64,000 bases of DNA from Octopus vulgaris (lineage: Eukaryota). Made by a program: the position numbers and the translations under genes. Location: the NCBI GenBank assembly GCA_951406725.2, contig OX597824.1, positions 71,300,001 through 71,364,000 of the forward strand, written 5' to 3'. A model generated the notes under the pieces. The model searched no databases, was not told where the DNA came from, and was given only the letters and a program-made list of their open reading frames with translations. Of the stretch, positions 1 to 13,324 are shown in pieces. Position 1 is the first letter of the stretch, and every line of letters starts with the position of its first letter.

Positions 1-1903
1 TCTACGCGAACTGGCAACAGAATGGGTTTATTTTGCAAAGACCCGGACAAGGGGGATTCCGTTGATAATTTTCAGCCCATCACTCTGCTAAATGCAGAGT
101 AGAAGATTTTGGCCAAAGTGTTATTGAAAAGATTGGTGCATGTCACGGATGGTCTGATCGAGTAGGCACAGACATGTGCCGTTCCCGGCAGAACCATCCA
201 GGATAATCTCCATTTTATATGGTACACTTTAGAGGGGTTTGATAGTAATTCTGGCAAGGGTGGGGCACTGCTCCATTTAGACCAATCTAAGGCATTTGAT
301 AGGGTTGACCATCGCTACATGGTGTCCATTCTGGCACAGTTCGGCCTGGGTCTTGGCTTCCTCAGGTGGATCATTCAGATTTATGATAACATCAACTCAG
401 TAGTTTGGGTGAATGGCTTCATATCGAAACCGTTCAACACCAAATGCTCAGTTCGTCAAGGATGCCTGCTCTCCTCGCTTTTGTACGTAATGGTTCTTGA
501 GCCATTACTGCAAAAATTGATCGGCATTCCAAGACAGCTAGGTTGTGTAAAGTCGGTTTCAGCTTATGTGGATGACATCACCATCACTGTAACAGAAATG
601 GATCACCTTCAGAGGGTAGGCAAGGCCATTAAGGTTTATGAGATGGTGGTAGGAGCAAAAGTTAATCGAGAAAAGTCAGTCAGCTTGAAGCTCAGCACCT
701 GGAGAGGCAAGTCGATGCCTCCTGACAGCGTTGTGGGACATTGAACGGAGAGTCCGATTATGTTGCTAGGAGTTTGGTTTGGACCAGACCTCCAAATAAA
801 GAACTGGGCCGAGGTATCAGGCAGGGTGACCTACATAGTCAAGACCTGGTCTTGGCAGTGGCTATCCCTGAAAGGGAGGGCGGAGGTAGCCAATGTGTTC
901 ATTGCATCGGTCATCACCTACTGCCTAACCGTTGTTCCTTGCCCTGATTCATGGTTAATCAAGCTAGAAAGACAGCTCTTCCACTTCTTGTGGAAGGGCT
1001 CTCCTGCTATTCCGTCACTCGAGCAATGACTGCAGTAGAAGTTCCACCGCATTCTTTTATAAAGGGCTTGTAGAGACGGAATGTGACGATACCTTAGTGG
1101 AAACCCTAGGTCTCAACGATAATCAGCTGGCCAGTCTGTTCTGACATATATTCAGGCTAAAGACTCTGGACAACTTTCAGAAGTCTCTGGCATGGCAGTG
1201 TTACTAAGGAGCCTTACCTGTTCAGTACAAGCTCACAAGGCATGGAGGTCGCGGCTCTTCAACCTGTCCAAGATGCGAGTGGGATAGGAAAACCGTTCCG
1301 CATGCTATAGTTCAATGTTCAGAGGTGTCAGATGTGTGGGTTTATGCTGAACAACTGTTGTCAAGTGCAAGAAGAGTACAGATATTGACTGAGTCTATAG
1401 TAAAAATTGACCCGCCTGATTTCCTTTCGAAAGAAGGAAAGAATTTGTTTTCTCATTGTAGTAGCAATTGCGAGAGAAGTGATTTGGAAGACGAGGCTGA
1501 AAGGATTAAAGTCAGGTACCTTCATCTCTGGCCCTGAATTGATGAATTACTTCACCTTTCACCTTAAAAGGAAGATAAGGCTAGAGAGAAAATGCCTGAC
1601 TGTGAAAATGTTTGAAAATTAATGGAAGAATGTAACGCAGATGTTGCGTGTGAATGTAACCTCATGAATGCAGCACAGGACATGCCTCGGGTATCAATGG
1701 TGAGGCAGGGCTTGTGGGGTCCGAATTAAACCTGCCTCCCCACTGCATCTGTAATGTCTTCCAGTCTGTCCTATCATTCGATTTCCTTATATTTTTATTT
1801 TGTGAATTTTTAACTTCATATTAATGTAATAACCATTCGTTCACCTGACCCCAATCAGATTGTGTTGTCCTTTTCTATGTTGTCTCCTTGTGGAAAGTAA
1901 AAA
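1..1903 (+). mobile_element. Degenerate L1/Tx1-clade LINE, 3' part of ORF2 (reverse transcriptase plus C-terminal Cys/His region) and 3' UTR
   Basis: Motifs KAFDRVDH, SVRQGCLLS, AYVDDI, LSLKGR, CPRC...ETVPH spread over frameshifted, stop-containing frames; runs off the left edge. Confidence 0.88.
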
Positions 1904-2908
1904 ATCAACTTATTCTTAGTGCAAGTTTTGAAGAGTGCCGTTCAATTTTAACAGTTATTTTTTCAAAGCTATAATGGAAGTGACAAAGGAGCATATTTGG
2001 TATATTTTGTTTTATGAGTACAATAAAAGCAACAATGCAATGGAAAGTGCAGTATATGGGGATCAGACAATAAGCGTAAGCCAGAGTCAATCGTGGTTAC
2101 AGAAATTCCGAGTTGGAAACTACAGTCTAGCAGACAGGCCTAATCCTAGATCTGTAGAGCTTGTTGAGGACACCCTGCAAACCTTGGTGGAACAAAATCC
2201 CATTGTAACTGTTGAAGAACTAGCAGAGAAGCTTGGATTTGGATATTCAATCATTCATCAATACCTGCGTGCCACCAGAAAAGTCAGCAAATTGGGTAAA
2301 TGGGTTCCTCATAAACTTTCCAAGTCTAATTGTGCGCATAGGGTGAATGTGTGCTCTTCTTTGCTGTTATGTCTCACAAATGAACCTTTTTTGGACCAAA
2401 TAGCAACTGGTGAAAAGAAATGAGTTCTCTATAAAAATGTCAAGTGCCAAAGACATTAGACAAGGAAAGGAGAAATACCAGCACCCTTGGCTAAAAAACG
2501 TCTTCACCCACATAAGGTGTTGTTATCTGTTTGGTGAGATATGAAAGGTTTAGTCCACCTTGAACTTTTAAACCCAAACAAATGATAACAAAGCAGTTTG
2601 AAGGGGAAATGATGCACCACTGACCACATTCACCGGACAGCGCCCCATCTGATTATCATTTATTCCGCAATCTTTAAAATCATTTGGACGGAAAAGATAT
2701 GAATTCTGTAGACAAGATCAAAATAGTATTGGAGAACTTTTCATCACGGACAAGTGAATTTTGGAAGAGCCTTGCAAGTCTACCAGGTAGATGGAAAAGC
2801 ATTGTAGAAAATAGAGAGTATATTTTAGATTGAAAAAGAACTTTGTTTATCTTAATTTTCAAAAATAAATTATTTAAAAATCTGCATTATTTATGGAATG
2901 ACCCAATA
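1904..2908 (+). mobile_element. Defective mariner (Tc1/mariner) transposon; right TIR present, left TIR absent
   Basis: ORF 1935-2423 with HTH region and WVPHKL (mariner WVPHEL) motif; remnant HSPD..APSDYHLF near 2628-2667; end tgcattatttatggaatgacccaa-TA at 2883-2908; stops and an internal deletion near 2600. Confidence 0.9.
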
Positions 2909-2989
2909 CGTGTGTGTGTGTGTGATTGTGTGTATATATATATATATATATATATACACATACATATATATATATTTACACACACACAT

Positions 2990-3215
2990 ATGGAAAAAAT
3001 GAAAGGGGTGCAATATCCATCATTTCTGATTCAATCCTTCGTCAGAGGGCAGAGAAAAAGAGAAGAAAAATGTCAAACAGAATTTACATTCTCTCAGCTA
3101 AGAGGATGTAAATTGTTTGACGTTTTTCTCCAGCTCCTGATGAAGAATTGAATCCGAAACGTTGGATATTCCACTCATCACAGCAAGTTCACTGTCCCCC
3201 TTTCACTTTTTCCCA
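2990..3215. mobile_element. Foldback element between (TA)n/(CA)n tracts carrying two inverted hammerhead-like cores; Penelope-like terminus candidate
   Basis: Inverted repeats 3012-3045 vs 3137-3170 and 2992-3008 vs 3197-3213; CTGAYGA-AGGATTGAATCC-GAAA consensus. Confidence 0.5.
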
Positions 3216-3525
3216 TATTATTTCAAGTCTTGCTGACACAGAGCTATCAAATTATTGCCTATATATATATAAAATTTATTTAAAGGTCACAATACATGTA
3301 TTAAAATGCTACTAAGTTTCATATGTTGAAAAAAACTCAAACATATTCTTCAGGTGCAAACCACAATTAGTAGTGCTTTAATACATGTACTGCGACTTTT
3401 AAATATTTATTTCTCACCAGATGGAGTACTGTTTTTGTTGAATTTTCTATCACAGATCAGTACATTATATACATATCATCATTTAATGCCCACTCTCCAT
3501 GCACCTATATATATATATATATATG

Positions 3526-3872
3526 TAGGTGCAAGCATGGTTCTAGGTTCAGTCCCACTGCATAGCACCTTAGGCAAGCCTCAAGCTGAGCAAAGCCTTG
3601 TGAGTGGATTTAGTAGACAGAAACTGGAAGAAGCCCGTCATGTGTGTGTGTGTCATTGAATCTGCTGCTGTCCTGCACCACTGCTTGACAACTGGTGTTG
3701 AAATGTTTATGTCCCTGTAACGTAGCGGTTTTGCAAAAGAGATTGATAGAATAAGTATCAGGATTAGCAAAAAATTTAAGTACTGGGGTTAATTCATTTG
3801 ACCAAGAATTCTCCAAAGAGGTGCTCCAGCATGGCTACAGTCTAATGACTGAAACAAGTAAAAAAAAAAAGA
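3526..3872 (+). mobile_element. tRNA-derived SINE with internal microsatellite (family A), partly deleted
   Basis: ggttcagtcccactg head, ccttgggcaag-like core, tail gactgaaacaagtaaaa; similar to 15447-15873, 26957-27372 and 38291-38627. Confidence 0.8.
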
Positions 3873-4299
3873 TATACTCACACATATATTCATTCATTTC
3901 AGGTTCATTTTTCATTATTTTTCCATGCTGGCACAGTTTGGGTGGTTAGTTTTTTTGTTTTTTTTTTTGGAGGAAGTATTATTACAGTTAGATGCTCTTC
4001 CTGTCACCAACCCTTTCTTGTCTTACAAATAAGGTTGCTATTATTTCACTAATTTCAGAGCACAATGTTAAGGAGGCACAAGCACTTTCACACACATATA
4101 CACATGATGGAGCTTCCTCTTACCAAATCCACTCACAAGGTTTTAGTTGGCCTGAGGCTATAGTAAAAGACACTTGCCCAAGGTGCTGCAGAATGGAACC
4201 AAACCCAAAACCATGTGGTTGGGAAGCAAACTTCTTGCCCACACAGACATGTCTGCACCTGCTATGGGACCTAATGCTCATCAGAAATTTAAACACAAT

Positions 4300-4592
4300 A
4301 ATGACAAGAGTTCCAACTGATATGATCAATGAAACAGCTTCCTCATGAAATTAACATGCAAGTGGTTGAGCACTCCACAAATACATCTACCCTTAACATA
4401 GTTCTCAGGGAGATCCAGCAAGAAAGGGGATGTGACAAGACTGGCCCTTTGAAATGCAGGCACTATTCATATTTGCCAGTTGAGTGGGCTGGAGCAACAT
4501 GAAACAAAGTTTCTTGCTCAAGGTCACAATACACCACCAGGTATCAAACTCATGATCTAGAGCCAACTACCCTAACCATTTAGCCACACACA
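4300..4592 (-). mobile_element. tRNA-derived SINE (family B head, tail type 2)
   Basis: Matches 31000-31292 along its length; A/B-box-like head at the right end. Confidence 0.75.
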
Positions 4593-5129
4593 CTATATAT
4601 ATATATATATATATAATCATCATCATCGTCGTTTAACATCCGTTTTCTATGCTAACATGGGTTGGACAGTTCAACCGGGGTCTGGGAAGCCAGGAGGCTG
4701 CACCAGGCTCCACCCGTGAGTGTAGTGGGTGCTTTTTACGTGTCACGGCACAGGTGCCAGGCGAGGCTGGCAACAGCCACGTTACATACACACACATATC
4801 CTTTCTACTATAGGAACAAGGCCTGAAATTTTGGAGGAGGGGTATTTATTTCATCAACCACACACACACATACGTCTTCCATGCAATTTCAATCACAAGG
4901 AATTGGTCAGCCTGAAGCATTAGCAGAGAGCGCTTATCCAAGGCACTCCACAATGAGAGTGAATATAGGATCACATGCTTGTAAACTGAACTCCTATACT
5001 ACACATCCATAATTATTTGGAGAAGTTATGTAATTCTACAAGCCTTTTATCATGGGCTAACTTGGTACTAAACAAGACAGAGTTGGGTCTTACATATGTA
5101 ATATAGTGGTAAGTGACACCCAACTGTAA

Positions 5130-5452
5130 GGGTTGAGACTCCCTTCAGCCACAAATAGCCATGAGTTTGCACCTAGAAAGTTCCCCTCCAGGGTACAATG
5201 TCTGGGCAAGGTTGTTTGTGGAAGACCAGCAGTTACCCATACATACCAGTCTCCTCTCTCCATGCCACCAATGTCGGCAAAGGCTGATGCAGTTTGGCAC
5301 CTGTGACATCGTTGCAACTCATTTCTACAGTTGAGTGAACTGAGCAAAGTGAAATAAACTGTTTTGCTTAAGAACACAACACAACACACAGCCCAGTCTG
5401 GAAATCAAACTCACAACTTTAAGCCCCATGCTCTCACCACTGAGCCAGGCAC
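5130..5452 (-). mobile_element. tRNA-derived SINE (family B-like head, tail type 3)
   Basis: Matches 21070-21400 along its length. Confidence 0.75.
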
Positions 5453-7279
5453 CCAACCATATAACCTTAGTATAAGGAATGTTCTCTTGACTCACTAAAG
5501 GAGGATGCTTATTTTCTGGAATACCTTTGATTGCAAATCTGCTTGATCATGACTGACCTTAGGCTGAAGAACAAACTCATACTCAAGGATTTCTGCAGCC
5601 AGACTTTCTTGGCTGCTTGCACTAAGAACCTATGGATGAGGACTGTTAACCCGAGTATGATGGCTGAACAAAAATAATCATGGTTTGAATATATACTTCT
5701 GGTATCCACATAATTGTCAAGCTCAGCAGAGAGCTTTTACATCAGTCATGGGCAAACTGTGACCCACAAGATTTTGTGAATGGCACACTTAAAACATTAC
5801 CTTGAATCTTTTTAGTACCTGATAATGACTTATGTCTCATGCAGCCCACATCTAAGAAATGATTGACCATGACTCCTGTTTTACATCACACTACTTGCTA
5901 GAAATAGCAGCTAGGTCTCACTTCACTTTTTCTGTTTTGGAAAATGGAAGAGCACATTAGACAGTGTAGTTCTAGATATACAATACAAAGGACAGGGCAA
6001 ACAGCATGTTTATAATTGTTTTTCTACCAATTAAAAATAACCTAATTGAAATTTATCTAATAACTCCAGCAATGTACTTTTAACAAGGAAATTTAATGGT
6101 TTTTTTTTGTAACAAATAAATAAAATAAAATAAATGAAAACAACCTATTTTGCATAAAAGCCATAAAATGATGAACTGCCATTTATTGCAAGTCTAATAA
6201 ATCATGAGAACGTTTTTTTTTTATGAATGTTTTTTCTTTCTTTCTTCTTGTAATATTATATTATATTATATATATATTTGTATATATTTTTTTAAGACAT
6301 CTTTCAGGCAAGATGGAAAAAGTCTTCCCTGAGAAACTAACCAATTGTATGAACATTTAATATTATCTGAATAATATTTTTTTTATGATGAGGTATCTCC
6401 CATAGATAATTACCAAACATACATACAGACACACAAACATACATAAGATTTCTTTTGAAGGGATTTTAACCAACTTGCATCAGAAATATTTAATATTAAA
6501 AAAAAATACAAAAGATCAATGATTTATAAAAAAAAAAAAGAGTGAAGTTCTAAATATTATGCTGGATGTATGAAATGTATAGATTTTTGATTAATCAGAG
6601 ATTCTGTAACCAATTTGTCATTCTTTTTCTCTTCCTCCTTAATCTTATACACATTTTAAATCTTATTTTATTTTGTAATGCCACAGGTGAAGAATGATAC
6701 TGTTGGTTGAAGGTTTCCAACAGGACAATCACTGCTTCATTATCTTCTTGACGGCAGCAAGTGTGATGAGAGTGTGTCCCCATCTCAGTGTTGAACAAAT
6801 ATTTTCTGACCAATATACATTGGTAAAGGCTACTAAATATATATATTTATACACACACACACATTTACCAATATATATTGGCAAAAAATATACAATAAAC
6901 ACACACACACACAAAATATATATGTATGTATAAAACATGGTTATCACTAACAAGTATGACATGGTATCATACAACATGCTTTCGCTAATTGCTTTAGGTG
7001 CCTATGCAGTTGTGAGCAGACACAGACACTCTCTTGGCACCCCTCACTTTGGTCCAGCAGAACATCCAAGATGCGACAGGCAAAGAGAAATAGAAAATGA
7101 GTACCAGCACTGGGCTGATATTCATTTTTAGCTGAGTAAACTGAAGTAACTAAAAACGAAGTGCCTCGTTCAAAGGAGACAATATGCTACTTAGTCATGG
7201 ATTTGAACCCTCTTCTTTATGAAGGTGAACCAAATACCTTCAGCACAAAACCACATGCTTTTATGTGTGTGTGTGTATG

Positions 7280-7313
<34 letters not shown>

Positions 7314-7320
<7 letters not shown>

Positions 7321-7600
7321 CGTAATAGTGAAGCCAAACCAATTAGTAATATTTTGAAATCATTTAATGTGTTTCAAGTTTGCGTACCTATAATAGGAAA
7401 TGCATCCGTTATGTAAACCTTCCTAAGTGGTGAACAGTCCCAAAATTTTCAACTCCAGTCAAATATAACAAACTACTCCAAATCGTTGTTAAAGTATCCA
7501 CATAAGTCTCGACTGGTTAGTTTGTACTGGAGCCTGAAGCAAACCTATCAGATGATTTCAAAATATCACTATTTAGTTTGACTACATTATTACAACTTAC
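7314..7600. mobile_element. Foldback/MITE-like element with about 50-bp diverged terminal inverted repeats, embedded in (TA)n
   Basis: Left taaggtcgtaatagtgaagccaaaccaattagtaatattttgaaatcattt vs reverse complement of right taagttgtaataatgtagtcaaactaaatagtgatatttgaaatcatct. Confidence 0.6.
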
Positions 7601-10087
7601 ACATATACATATGTATATATATATATATATACACACACACAAATGTCAGGCTTCCACATGATTTCCATCTACCAAATTTTTACTCACAAGATACTGGCCA
7701 ACCTGATGCTAAGATAAAAAAACACTTGCTCACAGTGCAGCACAGAAGATCCAACATGAAGCCAAAGAGATTGTAAAATTAACTTAACTACAGTCATGTC
7801 TGCACTCATAAGATATAAAAAAAAAATTTTATTTTTTTTATGAAAGATAAAAACAATATAATAGCAAATTCCGATATAAGTAAAATATTAGACCTATGGT
7901 GGTGTTATTTTTCTCAAAATACTGTTGTTTATTTGTATAATACATGCACTGCACACATATACACAACCTATTCTATGGTCAGATTATAGGTGACTAAGCC
8001 AGCAAACCCACCAAGCTTGATTGGTGAGGAGGGTGATTTTTGGACACTCTAGGGATGAAAAGCAAGACCTGTCAAAGGGCGGCATAACCCAGTAGAGTCC
8101 AGCCATCCAATATAGTCAAGGGTAGATGGTGCTCACAAGCTGCAGTGAAGACAAACCATCTAGAAGGAAATCTCTGAAATAAAAACTGTTCAGCAAGGAT
8201 TTGCAATGTTATAGTTACGTCAACGGACAACTGGTAATTATATATATATATATGCAAACACACAACACACACATGCATGCATGATGAAAATACTCAATCT
8301 TTAATAGATCACTGGCTTTGCATTGTTTAGTCTGTCAGAGGCCAAATCAATCGTGCAGATCCCTGTTCTTACCGCCATCTCTCTCCATTGTCAGCAGCCA
8401 GAAATCATGCATTTACAGAGTAACAGAAGTGAAATTTGTTTAACCAGAAATAAAACCAGTGCAACAGACTCAGCTTGTTGGGAGTATACCACCACCACCA
8501 ACACATACATACACCTACATATTGCATACAAGTGAGAAGAGCAGGCATGGTAGATATACAGAATATTACCATGTAGAGAAGAAACAAAGTTGATACACCA
8601 TGTAGTGAGAGGTTATGCAATAACCCAACCAGCTAGTACAATCTCCTTCAGATCTCACATAAGCATCTCAATAAAGGAAGGACAAATCAGATAATGTATT
8701 CTTGATATGATGGCCATGGCTAGAATGCCTTTCACTACAGTTGTCTTGAGTTCTAAACATCAACAGTAGAAGCTCTCTGTAAACAGTTTTACAGGAAAGA
8801 ATTCTGTGAAAGAAGAGGAAAACTGATAAAAACTCAGCAACAAAATCCAACTAGAGAAAATGTTGTTTAACCCAAGGTCAGACCTGATCACAAAGACTTA
8901 TGATCAAAAGGTATTCCAGACTGGCTATTCAATCTTTTTTTTCCTTGGCTTAATACATCTAGAACTACATCATCATTCAATGTCTTTCCTTCTTTAAGAC
9001 AGCAAATTGTGGTATGATGGAGACTTGGCTGTTATTTCTGGCAGGTAGTAGCTTCCTTGTTAGCTCAAGCTAAACCAGTGATCTGTAGAGATGCAATTTG
9101 AATTGTTGGAAAAATCTTGCTTAATGCTCCAGTATTATCTGGTGAAAGTAAACACACAAACAGTGTACAGAGCGGTTGTTTAATCCCCAAATCAGTCCTG
9201 TGTAAGCAAACCTGTAACCAAAAGCATTCCAGCTTTAACCATTTTTTCATAGACATTGTGTACCTTTTATATTGTCCAACACGCCCCTTTTTTTTTATCT
9301 TTCAAAATGGTAATAAGAGATTTGACTGAAATTTTTAGTATGGTATGCTTCCATATATGAGCTCTCCTATGGATAATTTGTGTATGAATGTATGCACAGA
9401 GTAGTTTTTTTCTTTATTATTTAAATAGAAGGCCTCAAATAAAACTAACAAAGGAATGAGAGAGTGAATGACATTCATGGTATAAGCAGAGTCAAGTCAG
9501 TTGCCCATCAAACTATGACTGGAAACTAGATAGTGTACCTCAGACAACATAGTTGAAACAAACAGCTCAAAGCAATCTATTGCTGTAACGTCTGCCTTTT
9601 AACATATATGTACATATATTAATAAGGCAATGAGCACAAGAAAAGGACAACATAGACAGGACAAGTTAGCAAACGTGTATATATTTCATCACGCATGAAA
9701 GAAGCAGTATTAGTTTAAAATACAATGTGTAGTATCATATATATATATATATATATTACACACACACAACTGGATTCTGCCAAGTTCCCATGGACCAAGT
9801 TCCTCTCACAAATATTGATCAACCTAATGATATGGTAGGAGGAAATTGCCCAATACACAGCAGAGGAATTTGAAACCAGCACATGATTGGAAAACAAGCT
9901 TCTTTACCACTCAGCCACACACTAAGTGCTTGCTAGTGTGTGTATATATTCTATGAAATACCATAAGCAGTATCAAAACTGTATCAGTAAAACTTCTCTA
10001 AAATACTTATGTTATCTATCTATAATAGAATCAATAAAGTCTGTAGTACACACAAGCATGGTTGAGTGATTAAGATTATTTCACAAG

Positions 10088-10316
10088 TTAACCCTTTAGT
10101 ATTCATATTACTCTGTCAAATTTAATGCTTATTTATTCACATTGTTTTGGGTTAATTATGCATTGCCTTGTAGCTTTGAGATTTCGATGATGTGATTGTT
10201 TATTTTGAGAATGATATTGTAGGGAAGGTGTAAAAGGCTGGATATAACCAGTTTGAACATAAAAATGGGTAGAATATTTTGGCCAGACATGGCCAGTTTA
10301 AAAGCTAAAGGGTTAA
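10088..10316. mobile_element. piggyBac-like MITE family 1
   Basis: TTAA-CCCTTTAG ... CTAAAGGG-TTAA; opposite-orientation copies at 21675-21903 and about 41547-41766. Confidence 0.8.
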
Positions 10317-11202
10317 ATCCCACTACAGGGTATCTGGGACAAGTGTGATTATCACACCCTCAGGTTGACCTAAGCTTTGTGAGTGAATTTGAGTATATGG
10401 AAACTGTATAGAAGCCTATGAGACACTATACCTGTAATTCAAAGGCCTGGCTTTGCCACATTATACAATTGATTCTACCTGAGAATTATGTTGAAGGTAC
10501 CTGAAGATTATGTTGAGTATTCTGTAGAAAACTCGACTACTTCATACACTAATTTAATGAATAGGTTAACGAACAATTGGACCTGCTTTTATCAAAAACG
10601 ATGTAAAAGTCAGTCTAAAAATAATAAAAAATACAAGTAAAACAGAGTTAGATAACGCAAAGATTTTGAATGGCACATAAATAAGAAGTATTTCAGGTGT
10701 AAATAGGAAGCAAATATCCATGTTTGTGCACAGAACCAACATTTTCTAAAAGAGGGAACACGATGATTACACCATTCTTACAGAGTGGATTCAATACTGT
10801 TGATTATAAAGTTATCAACCTCCTCACAGAAATAAAACACTGAGTTGACCAGGATGGACTTTGACGAAATAATGTAGGAGGATGAAATAAAATACTGTAA
10901 GGAATTTGATCTAGCACTGCCGATTCCATCACATTGATTATTGCAAAATTCTGTTACTAAGTACCAGGCTAATTTTTGCAGAACTAATGCTAGAACATAG
11001 TTTATCAACTCCCCAACCACGGCCATTAGAGCTTCTACATCAGGCATGAGCAGCCTTTTCTGAGACGTAGGTCACATGAGACATGGCTAATCATCAGGTG
11101 AACCATAGAGCCAAACTAAGAAAAAATAATTGAGGTAATTTTTTATTGATGTACCATTCAGAAAGCCACACAAATTGCAGTTTCCTCCATGTCTATTCTA
11201 TA

Positions 11203-11460
11203 GAGGCATATGGCTTAGTGGTTAGGGTGTTAAACTCATGATTGTAAGTTTGTGATTTCAATTCCTGGACCAGGCAACACATTGTTTTCTTGAGCAAAAC
11301 ACTTCATTTCATGTTGCTCCATTTCACTCAGCTGCTGGCAAAAATGAGTAACCCTGTGACAGACTAGCGTCCTGTCCATTGTTTCCATGGAAACCAGGAA
11401 ACTAGCCCTGAGTGTCAATACAACGCAAGAATGATCTTTATTCGTGACCACACTACATGG
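11203..11460 (+). mobile_element. tRNA-derived SINE (family B head, tail type 1)
   Basis: tggcttagtggttag A-box, tttcaattcc B-box, ttgagcaaaacacttcatttc body; similar to 35091-35345. Confidence 0.78.
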
Positions 11461-11529
11461 TTCCTCAAGAAACAATGGCCAAATTGCCCCTTAAACCACA
11501 TCTTCCCATCTTAAAAAAGGACATTTTAT

Positions 11530-12875
11530 TCTATTTAATTCAGAAGAATGAAAGACAAAGTTGACTGTGGCAGGATTTGAACTCAGAATATAAAGAATCA
11601 TAACTAATCACTGCAAGGTATATTTTCCAACGCTAACAATTCTGCCAATCCATTGCCATTGATTAGAAGGAAATAGTCAAACTGAACTCAGTACATGACT
11701 GGTACTCTACTATTGGATGAAAAGCAAAGTTGACTTTAGGAGCATTTGAACACAGAACATAGAGCTAGAACAAATGCCACATGGAATTTTTTCCAATGCT
11801 GTAATGATTCAGGCCGATTCAGAACTTCCCTCTTCCTAATAATAATTCTTTCAAATTTTGGCACAAGGCAAGCAATTTTCAGAGAGGGTGCAAGTCAATT
11901 ACTTTGACCCCAGTGCTGAACTGGTAATTATTTGGCTCCAAAAGGATAAAAAGCAAAGTTGGCTTCAACACGTCAAGACAAACAGAATGTTTAGCAGCAT
12001 TTTGTCCTGTGTGCCAAGAATTCTGCCAGCTCACTGTCTTAATAAAAATATTCCTTTCTTAATAAAAATATTCCTTTCTACTATAGGCACAAGGACTGAA
12101 ATTTTGGGGGGAGGGGATTAGTCAATTACATCGACCCCAGTGTTTCACTGATTCCTATTTATCCAAAAGGATGAAAGGTAAAGTTGACCCTAGCAGAATT
12201 TTAATTCAGAACAGAGACAGACAAAATGATTCTGGCAGCTCACTGCCTTAATAATAATAATAATAATAATAATACTAATGGTTTCAAATTTTGACACAAG
12301 GCCAGAAATTTTAGGGCAAGAGTTGAGTATGCTAACTCTAGTGCTCAGATGGTAGGATTTGAACTCAGAATTAAAGAGACAGAAATGCTAGTAAGCATTT
12401 TGTCTGATGCATTAATGATTCAGACATCTTGCTGCCTTAATAATTCTTTCAGCTATAGGTACAAGGCCTGAAATTTTGGGGGAAGCAGGGAAGTCAATTA
12501 CATCGACCCCAGTGTTCAATTTGTACATATTTTATTGATCCTGAAAGGAGAAAGACAAACTCAGCCAGTGCAGCTTTTGAACTCAGAACATAAAGCCAGA
12601 AGAAACGCTGTTAAGCAGATTCTGCCAGCTTGCTGCCTTAATAATAAATAATAATAATCCTTTCTACTATAGGAACAAGGCCTGGAATTTTTGGGGAGGG
12701 GTTAAGTCGATTACATCAGCCCCAGTAGTCAACTGGTACTTATTTAATCGATCCTGAAAGGATGAAAGGCAAAGTCAACCCCAGCAGGATTTGAACTCAG
12801 AACATAGTGACAAGCAAAATACCGCTAAGCATTTTGTCCAGCATACAAATGATTCTGCCAGCTCGCTGTCTTAAT
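11530..12875 (-). mobile_element. Head-to-tail array of about 7 diverged SINE copies (family C) separated by (AAT)n
   Basis: Recurrent blocks cctttctactataggcacaaggcctgaaatt ... gaaaggatgaaaggcaaagttgacc ... gatttgaactcagaac ... ttctgccagctcgctgcctt. Confidence 0.85.
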
Positions 12876-12889
12876 AATAGTTACTAAAA

Positions 12890-13005
12890 GATGAAATTAC
12901 AAGAATGTGGGCAATGAAGAGAGTAACTGTTATCCTAATAATTGTAGGGGCACTTGAAGACTAACAATCAAGTTAGAAATATGTTGGAGAAATTGGAATT
13001 GACAT
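12890..13005 (+). mobile_element. Fragment of an R4/Dong-like (restriction-like endonuclease) LINE C-terminus
   Basis: Translates RMWAMKRVTVILIIVGAL, resembling the RLW...VVPVVIGALG motif; related to 22925-23262. Confidence 0.5.
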
Positions 13006-13019
13006 TAGGTAGGAGGGCT

Positions 13020-13324
13020 CCGAAAGGGGTCTCAGAGAGTAGTGTCCCTGCCTTCCTGAGATAGTTTTCCACCACATTTCTTAAAAATCATGGTAGAGGC
13101 CTAGATCTCGGGACCACTCATTTCTAGAAACTGTGTTTGGGGGTAAGCAAGGGCATGCTCCCCATAGAAAATCCATCTCCAAAAAAGCCCCATGATAGCA
13201 AGGGAGAATGGGCACCAGCCAGCCCAAAGGTTGCAGTGGGCTACACCTGCCTGCCCCGGTTGCTATGGCATTGAGGTAGATCCAGCCACCCCTATTAAAG
13301 GGGACAAAACCCGGATTTAAAACA

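Noticed and set aside
1935-2423. Functional or domesticated (SETMAR-like) transposase
   Set aside because: Stops before the catalytic domain; downstream stops, frameshifts and a deletion; no SET domain
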